Source: Anolis carolinensis
Lineage: Eukaryota
NCBI RefSeq assembly: GCF_035594765.1
Contig: NC_085842.1
Span: 17,832,782 to 17,896,781, forward strand
Direction: 5' to 3'
DNA length: 64,000 nt
In this document: positions 1 to 11,948 of the stretch, piece by piece
Numbering within the stretch: the stretch's first letter is position 1
How the letters are laid out: the number at the start of each line of letters is the position of its first letter
The notes under the pieces: model-generated
Database searches by the model: none
What the model saw: only the letters and a program-made list of their open reading frames with translations
Told to the model about the DNA's origin: nothing
Made by a program: the position numbers and the translations under genes

Positions 1-30
1 ACCAAAACTCCCAGAAGAGTTCCTTCTTAC

Positions 31-157
31 CCTGCAAGGCTGTAGCCCCATCTCCTTCTTGCTTGGTCTTCTTCTGCCTGAGACTCTGGGTGGCATTTGA
101 TGGAGATTCCTCTGATGAAGGGACATTAGACTGGACTTCTGTGCAGTTATTTTGGAC
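31..157 (-). CDS. Unit A, linker exon after SCAN (127 nt); gene continues beyond window start
   Basis: ttccag| acceptor at 158-160, |gtaag donor at 29-30; VQNNCTEVQSNVPSSEESPSNATQSLRQKK; paralogous exon in units B-E. Confidence 0.8.
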
Positions 158-517
158 CTGGAAGAGAACAGAGTATTCCAGAAGTAGTATGGAAAAGTTC
201 AAAAATATCACAGATCTATGTGCAGTAACTGTATGGGCTTTTTAAAAAGAATAACTCTGAGATGGCAACCTAACAAAGGCCATATCAACTCTCCCATCAT
301 TTTCATTGTAATATCTGGTGTCAACAAATTTGAGTAGACCAGCAACTGAGCTTACAGTGAATATGAAGAAGACAGCATAAGGGGCAGAGCAGTTGGGAAA
401 AGAGGCAGAGGGGGCTGGATTTGTCTCCTCCCCGACATCAGTGAAAGAATGGCACGATGTACCTTTAATCTATCCATCAGTCCCAAGATTAGTGAAACCA
501 AGAGGAAATGCTCTCAC

Positions 518-898
518 CTGTTCTTCCCGCCTCTTGTCCTCTGCCCGACTCAGGAGGAAGCCTTCCGCCAGGGCCACCGCCTGGGAAGAGGTCTCTGCCC
601 CACACTCTCGGACCCAGCTCCCCATCTCTGGGGGCAGGAGGCTCAGGAACTGCTCCAGGATCACCAGGTCCAGCATCTCTGCCTTGGTGTGTTGCTCTGG
701 CTTCAGCCACTGGCGGCAGAGATCGTGGAGGCGGCTGCAAACCTCTCTGGGTCCCTCGCCCTCTCGGTAGGAGGACTGCCTGAAGCGCTGGCACTGCATG
801 TGGGCATTCAGGAATGTCTGTGTAGTTGTCTCCCAGTATTCCCCACTGCTCCCAGTGACCCTGCCTGCTTCAGGTCCAGGTGAGTTGGGTCTCTCCAT
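518..898 (-). CDS. Unit A, SCAN-domain coding exon (exon acceptor at 1022, ATG 898)
   Basis: [62 protein letters not shown] is a SCAN domain; Kozak aacATGG; cag|gtgag donor. Confidence 0.9.
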
Positions 899-1660
899 GT
901 TGGAACCACTCTGATGAAGAACCAAACCGTATCCAAGATGCTTTTCCTCCCTCTTCTTTCAAAGGAAAGAAATCCCTGAACAGGCTCTACTCTGAAATTC
1001 TCAGCCAATAATCACATTTCCTCTGTGAAAGAAAGGCAAAATTAGACAGATGTTCGGGAGGCTTTTTCTTGGAGAGTTAAAAAACAAGTCCTTTATTTAT
1101 TTCAGAGCCAGGTAATGCTGGGCCCTCCTTCCTCTTGGGCCTCTGCTTCTCCAGCCTCCAGACCCACCTGGCCTCCCATTGAGCTCCCATTGAGCTCCCA
1201 TCCAGTCCCAACCCACATTATCCTCCCATGATTCCTTCAGCTGATGCTATATGAGCCATAGCCTTTTTTGTAAATAAGAACCAAGAGACAAAAATCAACA
1301 TAACAACTAAGGTAAAATATTTGGAAACACAGGTGACAAACAGAAACACTGAATTGTTTAAAAACTTATGGCGGGAAAAGAGGACACAACAGACAGGTGA
1401 GTGGGTTGGGAGGGGAAAGCCATTGGCCCTCTGCCTGCCTGCCTCTCTCCTCTGAAAGACTCACCTGATGGAGGAGTGGCAGCCTGGCTGACTGTTGTGA
1501 TGACCCCCAATCCCAGGTGAGTGCAGGCCTGGGCCAACTTCGTCCCTCCCTCCAGGTGTTGTGGGCCTCAGCCCCTCTTCGGCCCTTTGGAGAAGGTCTG
1601 GGAATAAGACTCACCAGAAGAAGGAGGAGAGGCCAAAGGGGAAAACTCTCAATCCCAGCC

Positions 1661-1786
1661 GGGCAAGGAAGGGTTAAGGGGAGGGAGGTTGGTTCCTAGA
1701 CAGTCAGGATAGCTTGGTCTAAGGAGGCCCACTTCCTTCCTGCCTCTCTGGGAACCAAACTCCCTCCCCTTAACCCGTCCTTGCCC
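1661..1786. promoter_or_regulatory. Unit A 5' block: ~40-bp inverted repeat flanking tandem GGAA (ETS-like) site, upstream of GTGAGTC donor at 1614
   Basis: arms 1661-1700 and 1747-1786 are reverse complements; CAGGAAGGAAGTG on minus strand in spacer; recurs at 5' end of all five units. Confidence 0.55.
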
Positions 1787-1842
1787 AGCATTACTCTATA
1801 AGGGGAAAGAGCATCTCTCAAAAGCCCTGGAACCAATGGACT

Positions 1843-1956
1843 AAAGGTAAAGGTTTCCCCTGACGTCAAGTCCAGTCGTGACCCACTCTGGGGGTTGGTG
1901 CTCATCTCCAAGTTCAGCAGCTCAGCGCCTTAACACACTTCGCCACCGGAGGCCCC
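1843..1956 (-). mobile_element. Sauria SINE, internally deleted
   Basis: tRNA-like head joined directly to (ACCTTT)n tail region; matches longer copies in window. Confidence 0.75.
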
Positions 1957-2039
1957 CACAAGCCTGTAACTTAATCACAAAAACTGGAAATAGTCACCTA
2001 CATGGATTCATAGAATGCCAAGGTTTGTCCTGTAATATA

Positions 2040-2362
2040 CAGTAGAGTCTCACTTATCCAACATAAACGGGCCAGCAGAACGTTGGATAAGCGAATCTGT
2101 TGGATAATAAGGAGGGATTAAGGAAAAGCCTATTAAACATCAAATTAGGTTATGATTTTACAAATTAAGCACCAAAACATCATGTTAGACAACAAATTTG
2201 ACAGAAAAAGTAGTTCAGTACGCAGTAATGCTATGTAGTAATTACTGAATTTATTAATCTAGCACCAAAATATCATGATGTATTGAAAACATTGACTACA
2301 AAAATGCGTTGGATAATCCTGAATGTTGGATAAGCGAATGTTGGATAAGTGAGATCCTACTG
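2040..2362. mobile_element. Tc1/mariner (Tigger/pogo-like) MITE, family 1
   Basis: TIR CAGTAGAGTCTCACTTATCCAA, TA flanks; about 11 copies in window. Confidence 0.85.
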
Positions 2363-2498
2363 TATGATTTTCAGAAATAAAACAATTAAAAATACGATTG
2401 TCATGCCACTTATTTTAAAAAGAAACCATATGTACTGTAATTCCATTACAGTAGAGTCTCACTTATACAACATTCTGGATTATCCAACACATTTTTGG

Positions 2499-2743
2499 AA
2501 TGAGCACCCACTGTTAGCCCCAGCTCCTGCCAACCTAGCAGTTTGAAAACATGCAAATGTGAGTAGATCAATAGGTACCGCCCCAGCAGGAAGGCAACGA
2601 CGCTCCATGCAGTCATGCCGGCCACATGACCTTGGAGGTGTCTACGGACAACGCCGGCTCTTCGCCTTAGAAATGGAGATGAGCACCAACCCCCAGAGTG
2701 GGTGACAAGTGGACTTAACATCAGGGGAAACTTTACCTTTACC
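2499..2743 (+). mobile_element. Sauria SINE, 5'-truncated
   Basis: body identical in plan to 41066-41420; ends ctttacctttacc. Confidence 0.8.
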
Positions 2744-2769
2744 GGCTTGTACTTCAATATAGATCAGTT

Positions 2770-4090
2770 AGTTTCCCCTTAAATCCCCCCATCTCCCCTC
2801 CCCTCTTCCCACCCCACATCTGGGTCAGTTTATCTCAATACATTGATTATTAGGATGGCCTGGTTCAAAAGTCTCAACCTATCATTCACTTCCGTTTTGT
2901 CGATTAAACATTACCATTTCCTATTTCAGTCTTTTTTGGAATAACTACTCAAATTAAAAATTCAGAGAGGTAAGACCACCAGGTTTCCAGATCCCACCTT
3001 GGTTTGTCTTTCCAACCTCGAGCAATTGTGGTGTGTATGGCAGGTATACATTTTAGTTTTTCTGTCCATTCATTCTTCCCTTCCTTTACCTCTATAGTGA
3101 GGGACAGAAATCGGGCTTTATTCCAATATAATTTTAGATTATTTCTTCTATTACTTCCCTGTGTTGTAATATTTCTGGATTTCAATGCAATCCCACCACA
3201 TATGAGAACATGTACCAATCTTCCCACACCTATGCCAGCATTTATTAGAAATCTTTTCCACAATGTGTGCCAGTTGTAAGGGGGTTCTATACCATTTTGA
3301 GATTATTTTTGTTGTGTTTCTTTTATCCTTAGATGTTAATTTTTTGGATTTTGTCAATTGTCAATCCAGGACCTGACTAAATTCGCGTTAATGTTTGTAT
3401 CTTGTTTCCAAGCCTCTACTAAGGTATCTTTTTTATTGTAGGATAAGGCTGTGAGTTCCTCTTATATTTTCCCAATAATTCCCTTCTCTCACCCACCCAT
3501 CTCTTGGGTTCCATAAAATATAAAGTTAGAGATTCTGTTTTTATTTCCTCCCGTTACCCATTTCTTGATGGAGCTGTCCCACTTCCGGAATAGTTTGGTG
3601 GGGATATTACCGGCAGAGTTTGAGATAAGTATATAAATTTGAGTATAATCTTCATCTTATAAATTTTTGTCTTGCAGTGATATCCTGAAATTTCTTCTCC
3701 CAGGTGTTGTGATTTGCTTGTGTTTTTCCATAATTGATTAAAATTCATTTGAATAGTGTGGTTTAATATTTTGGAATTTCTACTCTTAGATATTTTAGGT
3801 TCTTTTTCTCCAATTTCACACCTATACGGTTTTGGGTGGTTTCTCGTTCTTTCCATGTTAGATTCTTACGGAGAATTTCTGATTTCCCAAAGTTAAGTGT
3901 AAGCCCCAAAATTTCCCCGAAATCCTTAATTGTTTTGACTATTGACCTTAGCAAGTCCTTCACCTCACTTAAAATTAACATGGCGTCATTCACATAAAGA
4001 TTGATTTTGATTTCCTCTTTACCCGCCTTATATCCTTTGATGGTTATCTCCTCACTAATGACATTTGCTAATGGCTCGATGGCCAGCATG
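2770..4090 (-). mobile_element. Degenerate L1-clade LINE ORF2 fragment
   Basis: LAIEPLA...INLYVNDAML reverse-transcriptase motifs; KCWHRCGKIGTCSHMWWDC C-terminal knuckle; frameshifts. Confidence 0.75.
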
Positions 4091-4671
4091 ACAATCGTAT
4101 GTAACCCTCTGAAGGATTGTCACAGGAAGCTTGTTTTCTGCTACTCCAGAAAACAGGATTTCAGTTAGAGATTCAATTAACAAGAAATGGGATTCTGCCA
4201 AATCTTAGGCAGAACTTCTTAAACGGTCCTGTTTGAAATCAGACAATATGGGTGTTCAAAGAAGCAAAAGACTTCTTCAAAACCTGAACAGAGTTTGAAA
4301 GTAATAAGAGAATTGTCTTAGAAATGAGTCCAAAGTCAAGCCAAATGTTACTGGAAGCCAAGGAAATAACACGTGTTCATCTGCCATTTCCCTGTTGCAA
4401 CACATTTTATTAATTTTGTGCCAGATAATGTCTCTCCTGTATGTAGTTTATGATAGTTCAAAAGATATGAACCCCAAACAAAAATGTCCCAAAAGTCTGG
4501 CATTTGCATGTTATTAGTTTGTGGAAATTCTATGGTACTTGTTAAGGGATGAAGTCTGAGTAAAACACTTCCCATACTTCTGGCACTTTTACGTTTTCTT
4601 TCCTATGTGTAGTTTTTGTGGTTCTCGAAAGATGTGGGAAAAGCAAAACATTTTCCACACCCCTGGCATTT

Positions 4672-5948
4672 CTATGGCTTCTGTCCTTTGTGAAGACATT
4701 TGTGTTTCACCAAGTATGAACTGCGAGCAAAATATTTCCCACACTCCTGGCAATGGTATGGCTTCTCTCCTGTGTGGAGTCTTTTGTGCTTCACCAAGGA
4801 TGAACTGTGAGCAAAACATTTCCCACACTCCTGGCATTGGTAAGGCTTCTCTCCTGTGTGGAGTCTTTTGTGCTTCACCAAGGATGAACTGTGAGCAAAA
4901 CATTTCCCACACTCCTGGCATGAGTAAGGCTTCTCTCCTGTGTGGAGCCTTTTGTGGCTTATCAAGTTTGAACTATCCAGAAAACATTTCCCACACTCCT
5001 GGCATTGGTATGGCTTCTCTCCTGTGTGGAGTCTTTTGTGCTTCACCAAGGATGAACTGTCAGCAAAATATTTCCCACACTCCTGGCATTGGTAAGGCTT
5101 CTCTCCTGTGTGGAGTCTTTTGTGCTTCACCAAGGATGAACTGTGAGCAAAACATTTCCCACACTCCTGGCATGAGTAAGGCTTCTCTCCTGTGTGGAGC
5201 CTTTTGTGGCTTATCAAGTTTGAACTATCCAGAAAACATTTCCCACACTCCTGGCATTGGTATGGCTTCTCTCCTGTGTGGAGTCTTTTGTGGCTCACCA
5301 AGTTTGAATTGTCAGCAAAACATTTCCCACACTCCTGGCACTGGTATGGCTTCTCTCCTGTGTGGAATCGTTTGTGCTGCACCAAGTGAGAACTGCGAGC
5401 AAAACATTTTCCACACTTCTGGCATTGATATGGCTTCTCTCCTGTGTGGAGATTTTTGTGCCTCACCAAGTCTGAACTGCGAGCAAAACATTTTCCACAC
5501 TCCTGGCATTGGTATGGCTTCTCTCCTGTGTGGAGTATTTTGTGCCTCACCAAGTGTGAATTGCGAACAAAACATTTCCCACACTCCTGGCATTGGTATG
5601 GCTTCCCTCCTGTGTGGGATCTCCAGTGGTCTATAAGGTGTGTATTCTGAGTAAAACATTTCCCACACTTCTGGCACTTGTACCCTTTATTTCTTGTGTG
5701 AAGTTTTTTGTGCCTCATCAATTGTGATACTTTCCATTTAAGTTGGCTTTTCCCAGCATGGAGTGTCTTATGAACAACAAGTGCCATATTTTGAGTAAAA
5801 CACTGCCCACATACATTGCATTTGTAGGTCCTTTCTCTGATAGAACCTCCATCTTCTCTATGGGTTTGTTGGTGTTTCGGAAAGCCCCCACTGTGTCCAA
5901 ATTGCTTCTTGCGTTTGGTGCATACGTTGACCTTCTTCGAGTTATCTG
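4672..5948 (-). CDS. Unit B, C2H2 zinc-finger exon (13 intact fingers)
   Basis: CxxC-x12-HxxxH repeats with TGEKP linkers; cacag|cag acceptor in phase 1 matching KRAB exon. Confidence 0.93.
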
Positions 5949-7274
5949 CTGTGAAGAAGAAGGATGGAAACAATTATTCCTAAGCATGAGTGATAAGGAC
6001 TTTAAGGAAGTGGATTGAAACGATTCTTAAAAAAACATAGACATGGAGGAAAAGAAGATATAAATGCAGTCATTTCTTCACCCTTTGTGCACTAATGATT
6101 GACATTGTTTGACTCCTAAACCCTCTAAGGGAGAGATGAGTAACACATGATGCAGATGTTACCTGTTGCTCAGCCCAACCAGTTTTTTTGTTCTGTCTCT
6201 TCTCTATGAGGGAATGGATGCCTTTTCCCTTCACATTCAAATGCTTACCTTTTTCTCTAGATAAAACGTTGCACTGCTACCACCCATTTCACAATCAGTC
6301 CCGCCTTTTTATTTCTCTCCAACTCCCATTTCGCTCTTCCCATTTTCAGTTAAAGTTGGGCTTTTCAGCTCCAATGCAGAAGATCCTATACCTAATTTCG
6401 TAGTGCTGCAGAGACACTTTAACATCAACTAATAAATGGGACACTTATAGTTTTTAGAGGTTTGCTGTAAACGTGAGTTCCAAAGGGATTGATTTGCATG
6501 ACAAAGCAGGGAAGATACAAGATAGTGACTGTAAAGAAAAAGAGAACAATGATGAAGGCAGAGAAGAGAGAAAAAAGGAAGGTCTGCGGGATTCAGCCAG
6601 ATATAGTAGTAAACGTACCATTAGAAAGATAGGGGCATAGAGTTTGATTAATGCCATATGCCTCTCCCAGTGCACAAAACCCCCAAGACCCAATCATTCA
6701 CAGGCACAGAACATAGACCGCATTACATTACAAGTCACTATGTTGCGAATGACTGAGGCTAGGGGCTGTTTGTGTGCTGGGAGAGACTTGGTTGTGCGGC
6801 CTGGTTGGGAGGAAAAACTAAGTCGAATACCACACCGATAAAAAGATCAATAGCCGTGTCTCTGTATCTGAAGCCAGGGGAAGTCTGTTGTTTTTGATTA
6901 CTCATTCTCCAGCCCCACTCTCATGGCAATCTGCATCCTCTCTCTGCCAGACACACAACCAGAGAGAAGGAGTAGTGGGATAATTATTACTCTTGCTAGG
7001 TTTTCCAGGGAGCCTAGTTGTTGCGAGAGAATGTGGTACGCTTGGACTTGACTCCAGTTATGGAAGTCCAAACACTGGAGTCCGAATTGGTGCTAAGATT
7101 GCTGTTGCTCAGACACCAAGTCAATATTACTCTTATGTCATTTATTTCTAACATAAGCCCTGCCTTGAGAACTCTCAGAGGTTGTGATAATTTAGGATAT
7201 TGCTCCCACCAGAGAGCTGCTGATTGGGATACTGCATTTTGAAATGGAAATCCGCATTAATGAGGGAGCCTTAC

Positions 7275-7401
7275 CAAGAGACTCCACAATCCTATGAATT
7301 TCCTCCATGATCTGCAAGTGTAAGACTTTCTGATCAGGATTCAGAGTCACCCACTCCTCCGGGGAGAAATGGACAGTCACATCCTCATAAGCGATTGGGC
7401 C
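7275..7401 (-). CDS. Unit B, KRAB-A exon (127 nt)
   Basis: GPIAYEDVTVHFSPEEWVTLNPDQKVLH; canonical 127-nt phase 0/1 KRAB-A exon; AG/GT boundaries. Confidence 0.88.
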
Positions 7402-7609
7402 CTGGTGGAAAAAGAAAAAAAATCCTTCTCACATAAAGGCTATAAAGAAAAATAATTACAAGAACATCTTTATTTACATTCCTGTTGGCTGTTTGAAAGG
7501 GAAAGGGCTGTGACCTCCATGCCATAGTTTAAGCTTTGTAGAAATGTTTGACAGTCACCACCATTTCTTAATTGATAAGTAGAGTCAGAAATGGAATCTG
7601 GACATGTTA

Positions 7610-8330
7610 CAGCTTTCATTGTGCTGCCCTAAACTGGACACAATGTTATTCCAGGTGAGGCCTCACCAAAGCAGAAAGAAGGTCTCCATGACCTCCCTTA
7701 ATGTAGACACTCTATTCCTTTCGATGCAGCCAAGATTCCATAGGCTTTTAAGCTGGTGCATCACACTGTTGGCTCATGTTCAGCTTGTGGTCTACTAAGA
7801 CTCCAAGATCCCTTTTACATGAACTGTTGTCAAGCCAGGTGTTACCCATCCTGTATCTGTGCGTTGTGTATTTCCTGTCTTCATGTACCATCCTACATTT
7901 CTTCTTCTTGAAATTAATTAATTAGTTTTCATCCAGCCCTCTAGCATGTTAAGACCACTTTGAATTCTGATCCTGTCTTCTGGAGTATTAGCTTTCCATC
8001 CTAATTTGGTGTCATATGCAAACTTGATAAGCATGCCCTCTAAACCTTTAAGCAAGTCAGTAAGGAAGGAGTGGAACAGCCCTTGGCCTGGGATAGGACC
8101 CTGCGGCACCCCACTAGTCACTTCTTTCCAGGATGAAGAGGAACCACTGGTGGGTACCCTCAGCCCATTCCTAAAGATAGAGACAACCAGTCTGCCGGGA
8201 TTTCTCCCTTTCTCCAAGAATTCTCAAAGATTATTGCCAGTGGTTCTGAAAATTTTTCTGTTAGTTTTCAGTACTCTTGGTTGTAGTTCATGTAGCCCTG
8301 GAGACTTGAATTCATTTAGGGCTGGACTGT
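7610..8330 (-). mobile_element. Old CR1 LINE fragment (shared with paralogous introns at ~21530-22090, ~33050-33770, ~51500-52170)
   Basis: [11 protein letters not shown]...LIKFAYDTKLG CR1 RT motifs, degenerate. Confidence 0.8.
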
Positions 8331-8663
8331 AGCACAGCTGGGAAATCACCAGCTGTAATAAGATCTCCCAACCGAAAGGCGTCCAGTTCAAAGCCTGGTC
8401 GGGGTGAGCAGTCAACCGTCAAGCCCAGCTCACTGGGATAGAAATAATGGAAATAAATAAATAAATAAATAACAAAAAACTGGACTTCAAGACTACATAT
8501 CTCCTTCAGTCTGTCTTGTTCTATCCTGTCCTGTCTCCAAATGGCATTCAGTGTTTGCCATGTATGTCTAGTGTGAGCTGTCCTGAGTCCTTTGGGGAGA
8601 TAGGGCGGAATATAAATAAAGTGTTGTTCTTGTTGTTGTCCTTGTTGTTGTTATTATTATTAT

Positions 8664-9640
8664 GACACAGCAAACAAGATAGACATGCTGGACTTCATAT
8701 CACAAAATCACAAGTCGAACACTTCCCAAGTGTCTAGGACTGTGTGATGTATTTTTGGATGATGTGCGCAGATCCCAGCAGGGTGGCCTTTTGCAGTTGG
8801 CAGATTGTAATTTTGTCAATGTCTATTGTTTCCAAATGGCGGCTGAGATCTTTTGGCACAGCACCCAGTGTGCCCATCACCACCGGGACCACCTGCACTG
8901 GTTTCTGCCAGAGTCTTTGAAGTTCAGTCTTGAGGTCCTGATAGCGGCTGAGTTTTTCCTGTTGTTTTTCGTCAATGCGACTGTCACCTGGGATGGCAAC
9001 ATTAATGATCCAAACCTTTTTCTTTTCCACAACTGTGATGTCTGGTGTGTTGTGTTCCAGAACTTTGTCAGTCTAGATTCGGAAGTCCTACAGTATCTTT
9101 GCATGTTCATTTTCCAATACTTTTGCAGGTTTGTGATCCCACCTGTTCTTTGCTGCTGGAAGGTGGTACTTGAGGCATAAGTTCCAATGAATCATTTGGG
9201 CCACGTAGTTGTGCCTCTGTTTGTAGTCTGTCTGTGCAATTTTCTTACAGCAGCTGAGGATATGATCAATGGTTTCGTCGGTTTCCTTGCACAGTCTGCA
9301 TTTTGGGTCATCAGCTGATTTTTCGATCTTGGCCTTCATTGCATTTGTTCTGATGGCTTGCTCCTGGGCTGCAAGGATCAGGCCTTCTGTCTCCTTCTTC
9401 AGGGTCCCATTCGTGAGCCAGAGCCAGGTCTTCTCCTTATCAGCTTTTCCTTCAATTTTGTCAAGGAACTTTCCATGCAATGTTTTGTTGTGCCAGCTGT
9501 CAGCTCTAGTTTGTAGTGCGGTTTTCTTGTACTGGTTTTTGTCTGCTGTGCTTTGAGGAGTTTCTGATTTTTTACTTCAATCAAAGCAGGTTCTTCACTT
9601 TGCTTTACATATTCTGCCAGGGCATGTTCTTCTTCTTTGA
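8664..9640 (-). mobile_element. R4/Dong-clade non-LTR retrotransposon 3' fragment in (TAA)n
   Basis: CRLC...HILSCC zinc knuckle, RHN motif, PD...IIxVAIP restriction-like endonuclease; two stops; (TAA)n on both sides. Confidence 0.8.
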
Positions 9641-9660
9641 TATTATTATTATTATTATTA

Positions 9661-9983
9661 CAGTAGAGTCTCACTTATCCAACATAAACGGGCCAGCAGA
9701 ACGTTGGATAAGCGAATATGTTGGATAATAAGGAGAGATTAAGGAGAAGCCTATTAAACATCAAATTAGGTTATGATTTTACAAATTAAGCACCAAAACA
9801 TCATGTTATACAACAAATTTTACAGAAAAAGTAGTTCAATATGCAGTAATGTTATGTTGTAATTATTGTATTTACGAATTTAGCACCAAAATATCACAAT
9901 ACATTGAAAACATTGACTACAAAAATGCGTTGGATAATCCAGAACTTTGGATGAGTGAATGTTGTATAAGTGAGACTCCTCTG
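9661..9983. mobile_element. Tigger-like MITE family 1
   Basis: TIR CAGTAGAGTCTCACTTAT. Confidence 0.85.
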
Positions 9984-10584
9984 CATTATTATTATTATTA
10001 TTATTATTATTTGAGTGGTCAGGTATTCCTGAACTACCTCTTTACCTATTTTGGGTTGAATTTCCCCTATTACCTCATCTCCTCCATCTTGGTCAAGCAA
10101 GATCTTTTGGGAAAAGACTAAGGCAACGTTCTACCTTTTCCCTCTCCCCTGTTAGCATTTCACCACCTACTCCAGGTAGAGACCCTATCACTTCCTCGTT
10201 TTTCCTTCTTCTACTGACATAACCAAAGAACCGCTTTAATTGTTTTTAATCTCTCTGGCAAGCTTGAGCTCATTTTCTGCTTCAGCTTGTCAAACATTTT
10301 CCCTACTAATGCTGGTTATTTGTTTGAATTCTTTGGTGATTTTCCTCCTTTTCCATTTCTTGTCCATGTTCCTTTTAAATTTTACCTTAGTTGAAAGTTC
10401 TTTGGACATTTATTCTGGTTTCTTTAGATTTCTCTTATTTTTTCCTCCTTGTGCCTTCAGTATTTCACTTTTAAGAAACTCCCATTCAATCTTGTCTGTT
10501 TCAAGAGATGTTTGATGGTTAAGCCTGTAATATATGACACCCAGGCAGCTCCAGTCCTTCTCTCCCAGGAATCCTTCTGCTTAC

Positions 10585-10652
10585 CTGATTCAGTTTCACT
10601 CCATCACAAAGGGGAAGAAACAACTGAGGATTCGGCAACATCATTCCAGCTC
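10585..10652 (-). CDS. Unit B, second linker exon (68 nt)
   Basis: cccag| acceptor, cag|gtaag donor; phase 1 to 0; GAGMMLPNPQLFLPLCDGVKLNQ; conserved in C, D, E. Confidence 0.78.
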
Positions 10653-10734
10653 CTGGGGGAGAGAGCAAGGTGTGGAAAGCTGATCACATAAACATAACTC
10701 AGAGGTGACAATTGCAGCCCTATAAAGAAAGCTA

Positions 10735-11046
10735 TGAGGAAGTTATAGGGAGGAGGGAGCAAGCTTGTTTTCTGCTGCCCTGCAGACTGGGACGCAATGG
10801 ATCAATGGCTTCAAACTTCAGGAAAGGAGATTCCACCTGAACATTAGGAAGAACTTCCTCACTGTGAGAGCTTTCAGCTGTGGAACTCTCTGCCCCAGGG
10901 TGCAGTGCAGGCTCCTTCTTTGGAAGCTTTTAAGCAGAGGCTGGATGGCCATCTGTTGGGGGTGCTTTGAATGAGATTTTCCTGCTCCTTGCACGGGGTT
11001 GGACTGGATGGCCTGTGAGGTCTCTTCCAACTCTATGATTCTATGA
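10735..11046 (+). mobile_element. CR1 LINE 3' end
   Basis: [15 protein letters not shown]-terminus and ATTCTATG tail. Confidence 0.85.
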
Positions 11047-11824
11047 AATGACCCTATGAACACAGGAGCATTCTCCAGCTCAGGAATATGTAACATTTTT
11101 CAGTTTAGGACTTTTTATCTCAACCAGGGCTGTTAATAGGTTGGATTGAAACTGGTACTGGGCTTGGTATTTCAATTGACTATACTTATTATTTGTTGTC
11201 CGTTTGGCCTCCAGCTCCATTTCAGGGCTCATCTTAGTTTCAGGTCCCACCTGGGAAGATAGTGAAGGGCTGATTTTTCAGTCCTAACCACAGTATGCAA
11301 ATATAGAAGTATTGCCAGAAAGAAAACTACAAATCACACTGAAATTACACCTTGTGCAACTGAATGCATACCTACAGATTCATCTTTTAAAAGCCATTTA
11401 TTGTTATACTCATTATTATTTGTTATATGAGTAGATTTTGTACTTTTTTTTCCATACACGTCAGTTATCTATGACAACATTTCCCCACCCTCTTCCTATT
11501 TCTCACTCTTCCTACTTTCTAAATTATCCACTCATTTATCTAATATATCTTAGTTCTGTTCACTCTTTTCTTTTCTCCCCCAACCAATACCCATACCATA
11601 ATTTCCATTATAACTTTAACTTGATCCATGAGCTTTGTTTTACCCATCTCTGTACAATATTTACACTGGCCTAACCATGTTTTATCCATTCCATACCTAT
11701 ATACTCATCTCAATGCCAAATTATCATGCATATGCACCTTCTTGAGCTCAAACGGATTGTAGATATTCTACATTCAACCTGAAGGGGAAAAAACACCAAA
11801 ACTCCCAGAAGAGATCCTTCTTAC

Positions 11825-11948
11825 CCTGCAAGGCTGCAGCTCCAACTCCTTGCTTGATCTTCTTCTGCCTGAGACTCTGGGTGGTGTTTGATGGAGATTT
11901 CTCTGATGCAGGGACATTAGACTGGACTTCGAAGCAGTTATTTTGGGT
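11825..11948 (-). CDS. Unit B, first linker exon (124 nt)
   Basis: AG/GT boundaries, phase 0 to 1; TQNNCFEVQSNVPASEKSPSNTTQSLRQKK. Confidence 0.8.

Noticed and set aside
393-883. Recurrent plus-strand ORFs over each SCAN exon
   Set aside because: Antisense frames of a GC-rich duplicated exon; recurrence is explained by paralogy
4605-5636. 343-aa plus-strand Cys-rich ORF (also 18509-18898, 28392-29060)
   Set aside because: Antisense shadow of the 84-bp zinc-finger repeat; no independent gene signals
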